From contig CACHDI010000023.1 of assembly GCA_902578545.1 (NCBI GenBank), positions 1 to 17,285 on the forward strand: DNA of 17,285 bases. Direction: 5' to 3'. The translations under genes were made by a program, and so were the position numbers. The notes below the pieces were generated by a model, which was not told where the DNA came from, searched no databases, and saw only the letters and a program-made list of their open reading frames with translations. Below are positions 16,002-17,285 of the stretch, piece after piece (position 1 is the stretch's first letter; each line of letters opens with the position of its first letter). This DNA is from an uncultured Alphaproteobacteria bacterium. GTDB lineage: Bacteria; Pseudomonadota; Alphaproteobacteria; Rhodobacterales; Rhodobacteraceae.

Positions 16002-17285
16002 TTAACTTAAAGTAACAATCTCCTCTGCAATTGTGGGATGTACGGCACATGTAGAATCAAGATCTTTTTTCTTAACTCCCATTTTCATTGATATACCAAA
16101 CATTTGAATCATTTCACTTGCACCATCCCCAACAATATGACACCCCAGAATTTTATCAGTTGTATCACAAACTACCAATTTCATCATAATTTTTTCCTGA
16201 TTATTTTTAATTTTACTTCCTAAACTAGAAAAATAAGTTTTAAAGATTTTTACATTAAAATTTTCTCTTGCCTCTGTTTCTGTCAAACCGACAGTCCCAA
16301 CCTCTGGTTTTGTAAAAACGGCTGTTGGTACCAATTTATGATCAGGTGACTGTTTTTTTTCTCCAAAAATGGTATTTATTAATGCCACTGCATCTCTTAT
16401 TGCAACAGGTGTCAAATTCAGTCTATTAGTTACATCTCCAATTGCATATATTGATTTTTGTGATGTTTGTTGAAACTTATTTACCCTAATTGCTCCTTGT
16501 TTTGTTAAATCCAATTTTAATTTATCTAATCCAAGATTTTCAGTATTTGGTTTTCTGCCGATTGCTGACAAAACTATATCAGTACTAATTAAATGATTAT
16601 TACTCAATTGAAGTTCAAACTTATCATTTTTAGATCTTATTGATTCAGGAGAACAATTGTTCAGGATTTTAATACCTTTTTGTAAAAAAGCTTTCTCAAT
16701 ACTTTCTCTAATATCATTATCAAATCCACGTAAAATTCTATCACCACGATATACTATAGAAACATCAGTTCCAAAACCGTTGAAAATTGATGCAAATTCA
16801 CAGGCTATATAACCGCCACCAATTATGACCATCTTTTGTGGTAAATGCTTAAGGTTAAAAATATCATTAGAAGTGATTGTCAAATCACCTCCCTCAATAT
16901 CTAGCTTTAATGGCTCCCCACCAGTTGCAATTAAAACATATTTTGAAGTAACTTCTGTTTTATCGTTTAAAATTATAGAATTTGAACTTGTTAACTTTGC
17001 CTTTTGCTGAAAAATTTTTACTTTGGATGATGAAAGCAATTCATTGTAAATTTGTTCTAAACGGTCAATTTCAGAGTTCATACTTTTGGAAAATTTATCC
17101 CACGAAAATAAACGCTCTTTTTGATCCCACCCAAATCCAACTGATTCTTGAAAAATTTTTGAGTATGAACTTGCAAAAACCATTAATTTTTTTGGAACAC
17201 ATCCTCGAATTACACAAGTTCCTCCAAACCTATATTCCTCGGCAATTCCAACTCGTTTACCTAATTTTGAAGCCAGTCTTGCAGC
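16002..17285 (-). CDS. gor: Glutathione-disulfide reductase-like FAD/NAD(P) pyridine nucleotide-disulfide oxidoreductase. The 5' end lies beyond the window.
   Basis: The reading frame continues to the window edge (…AARLASKLGKRVGIAEEYRFGGTCVIRGCVPKKLMVFASS…), giving the redox-active CxxxxC motif GGTCVIRGCVPKK typical of GR. There is an NAD(P) site (VIIGGGYIACEFASIF), and the dimerisation-domain end (…CAVHPTIAEEIVTL) resembles GR (HPTAAEE) more than Lpd. It could alternatively be another class-I disulfide reductase. Confidence 0.65.
   Translation of the reverse strand, partial: AARLASKLGKRVGIAEEYRFGGTCVIRGCVPKKLMVFASSYSKIFQESVGFGWDQKERLFSWDKFSKSMNSEIDRLEQIYNELLSSSKVKIFQQKAKLTSSNSIILNDKTEVTSKYVLIATGGEPLKLDIEGGDLTITSNDIFNLKHLPQKMVIIGGGYIACEFASIFNGFGTDVSIVYRGDRILRGFDNDIRESIEKAFLQKGIKILNNCSPESIRSKNDKFELQLSNNHLISTDIVLSAIGRKPNTENLGLDKLKLDLTKQGAIRVNKFQQTSQKSIYAIGDVTNRLNLTPVAIRDAVALINTIFGEKKQSPDHKLVPTAVFTKPEVGTVGLTETEARENFNVKIFKTYFSSLGSKIKNNQEKIMMKLVVCDTTDKILGCHIVGDGASEMIQMFGISMKMGVKKKDLDSTCAVHPTIAEEIVTLS

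Noticed and set aside
1-17285. CRISPR arrays, IS/transposase genes, integrases, phage genes, toxin-antitoxin or defence islands
   Set aside because: Every ORF over 80 aa has a confident housekeeping assignment. No direct-repeat or spacer periodicity, terminal inverted repeats or recombinase-like sequences were seen. Coding density leaves no unexplained space larger than about 230 bp.

Overview
The window is an AT-rich (roughly 30% GC), very gene-dense stretch of core chromosome. It most resembles a streamlined marine alphaproteobacterium of the SAR11/Pelagibacterales type. The pointers are a pdhB with a fused N-terminal lipoyl domain, the purL-bolA-grxD synteny, a zauP-zapA pair, and an ftsB-like gene upstream of pdhA. 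Intergenic gaps are almost all under 80 bp; the one exception is a 228 bp divergent promoter region.

Gene order:
- + strand: fabD (3' end) - fabG - acpP - fabF - mltG/yceG - cysE, the classical fab cluster.
- - strand, convergent on cysE: pdhC(E2) - pdhB(E1beta) - pdhA(E1alpha) - ftsB-like - pgk - tkt.
- + strand, divergent from tkt: a small coiled-coil (ZauP-like) gene and zapA.
- - strand: grxD (monothiol glutaredoxin), bolA-like, and an 862-aa ORF.
- - strand: a glutathione-reductase-like flavoprotein gene that runs off the window end.

I found no mobile elements, CRISPR arrays, tRNA or rRNA genes, or defence systems.

The most unusual item is the 862-aa ORF. It is an in-frame chimera of the N-terminal roughly 300 residues of HflK (Gly-rich tail, transmembrane helix and SPFH/band-7 domain) joined to PurL (FGAM synthase II) lacking its N-terminal roughly 185 residues. 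The join sits at an RGE/GGE microhomology. A misassembly or a deletion explains this more simply than a new system, but it needs checking.

The second notable point is that the MltG membrane anchor lies in a different reading frame from the mltG catalytic ORF, separated by a T9 homopolymer. Everything else is ordinary, well-conserved housekeeping content, and I do not see a convincing novel multi-gene system here.
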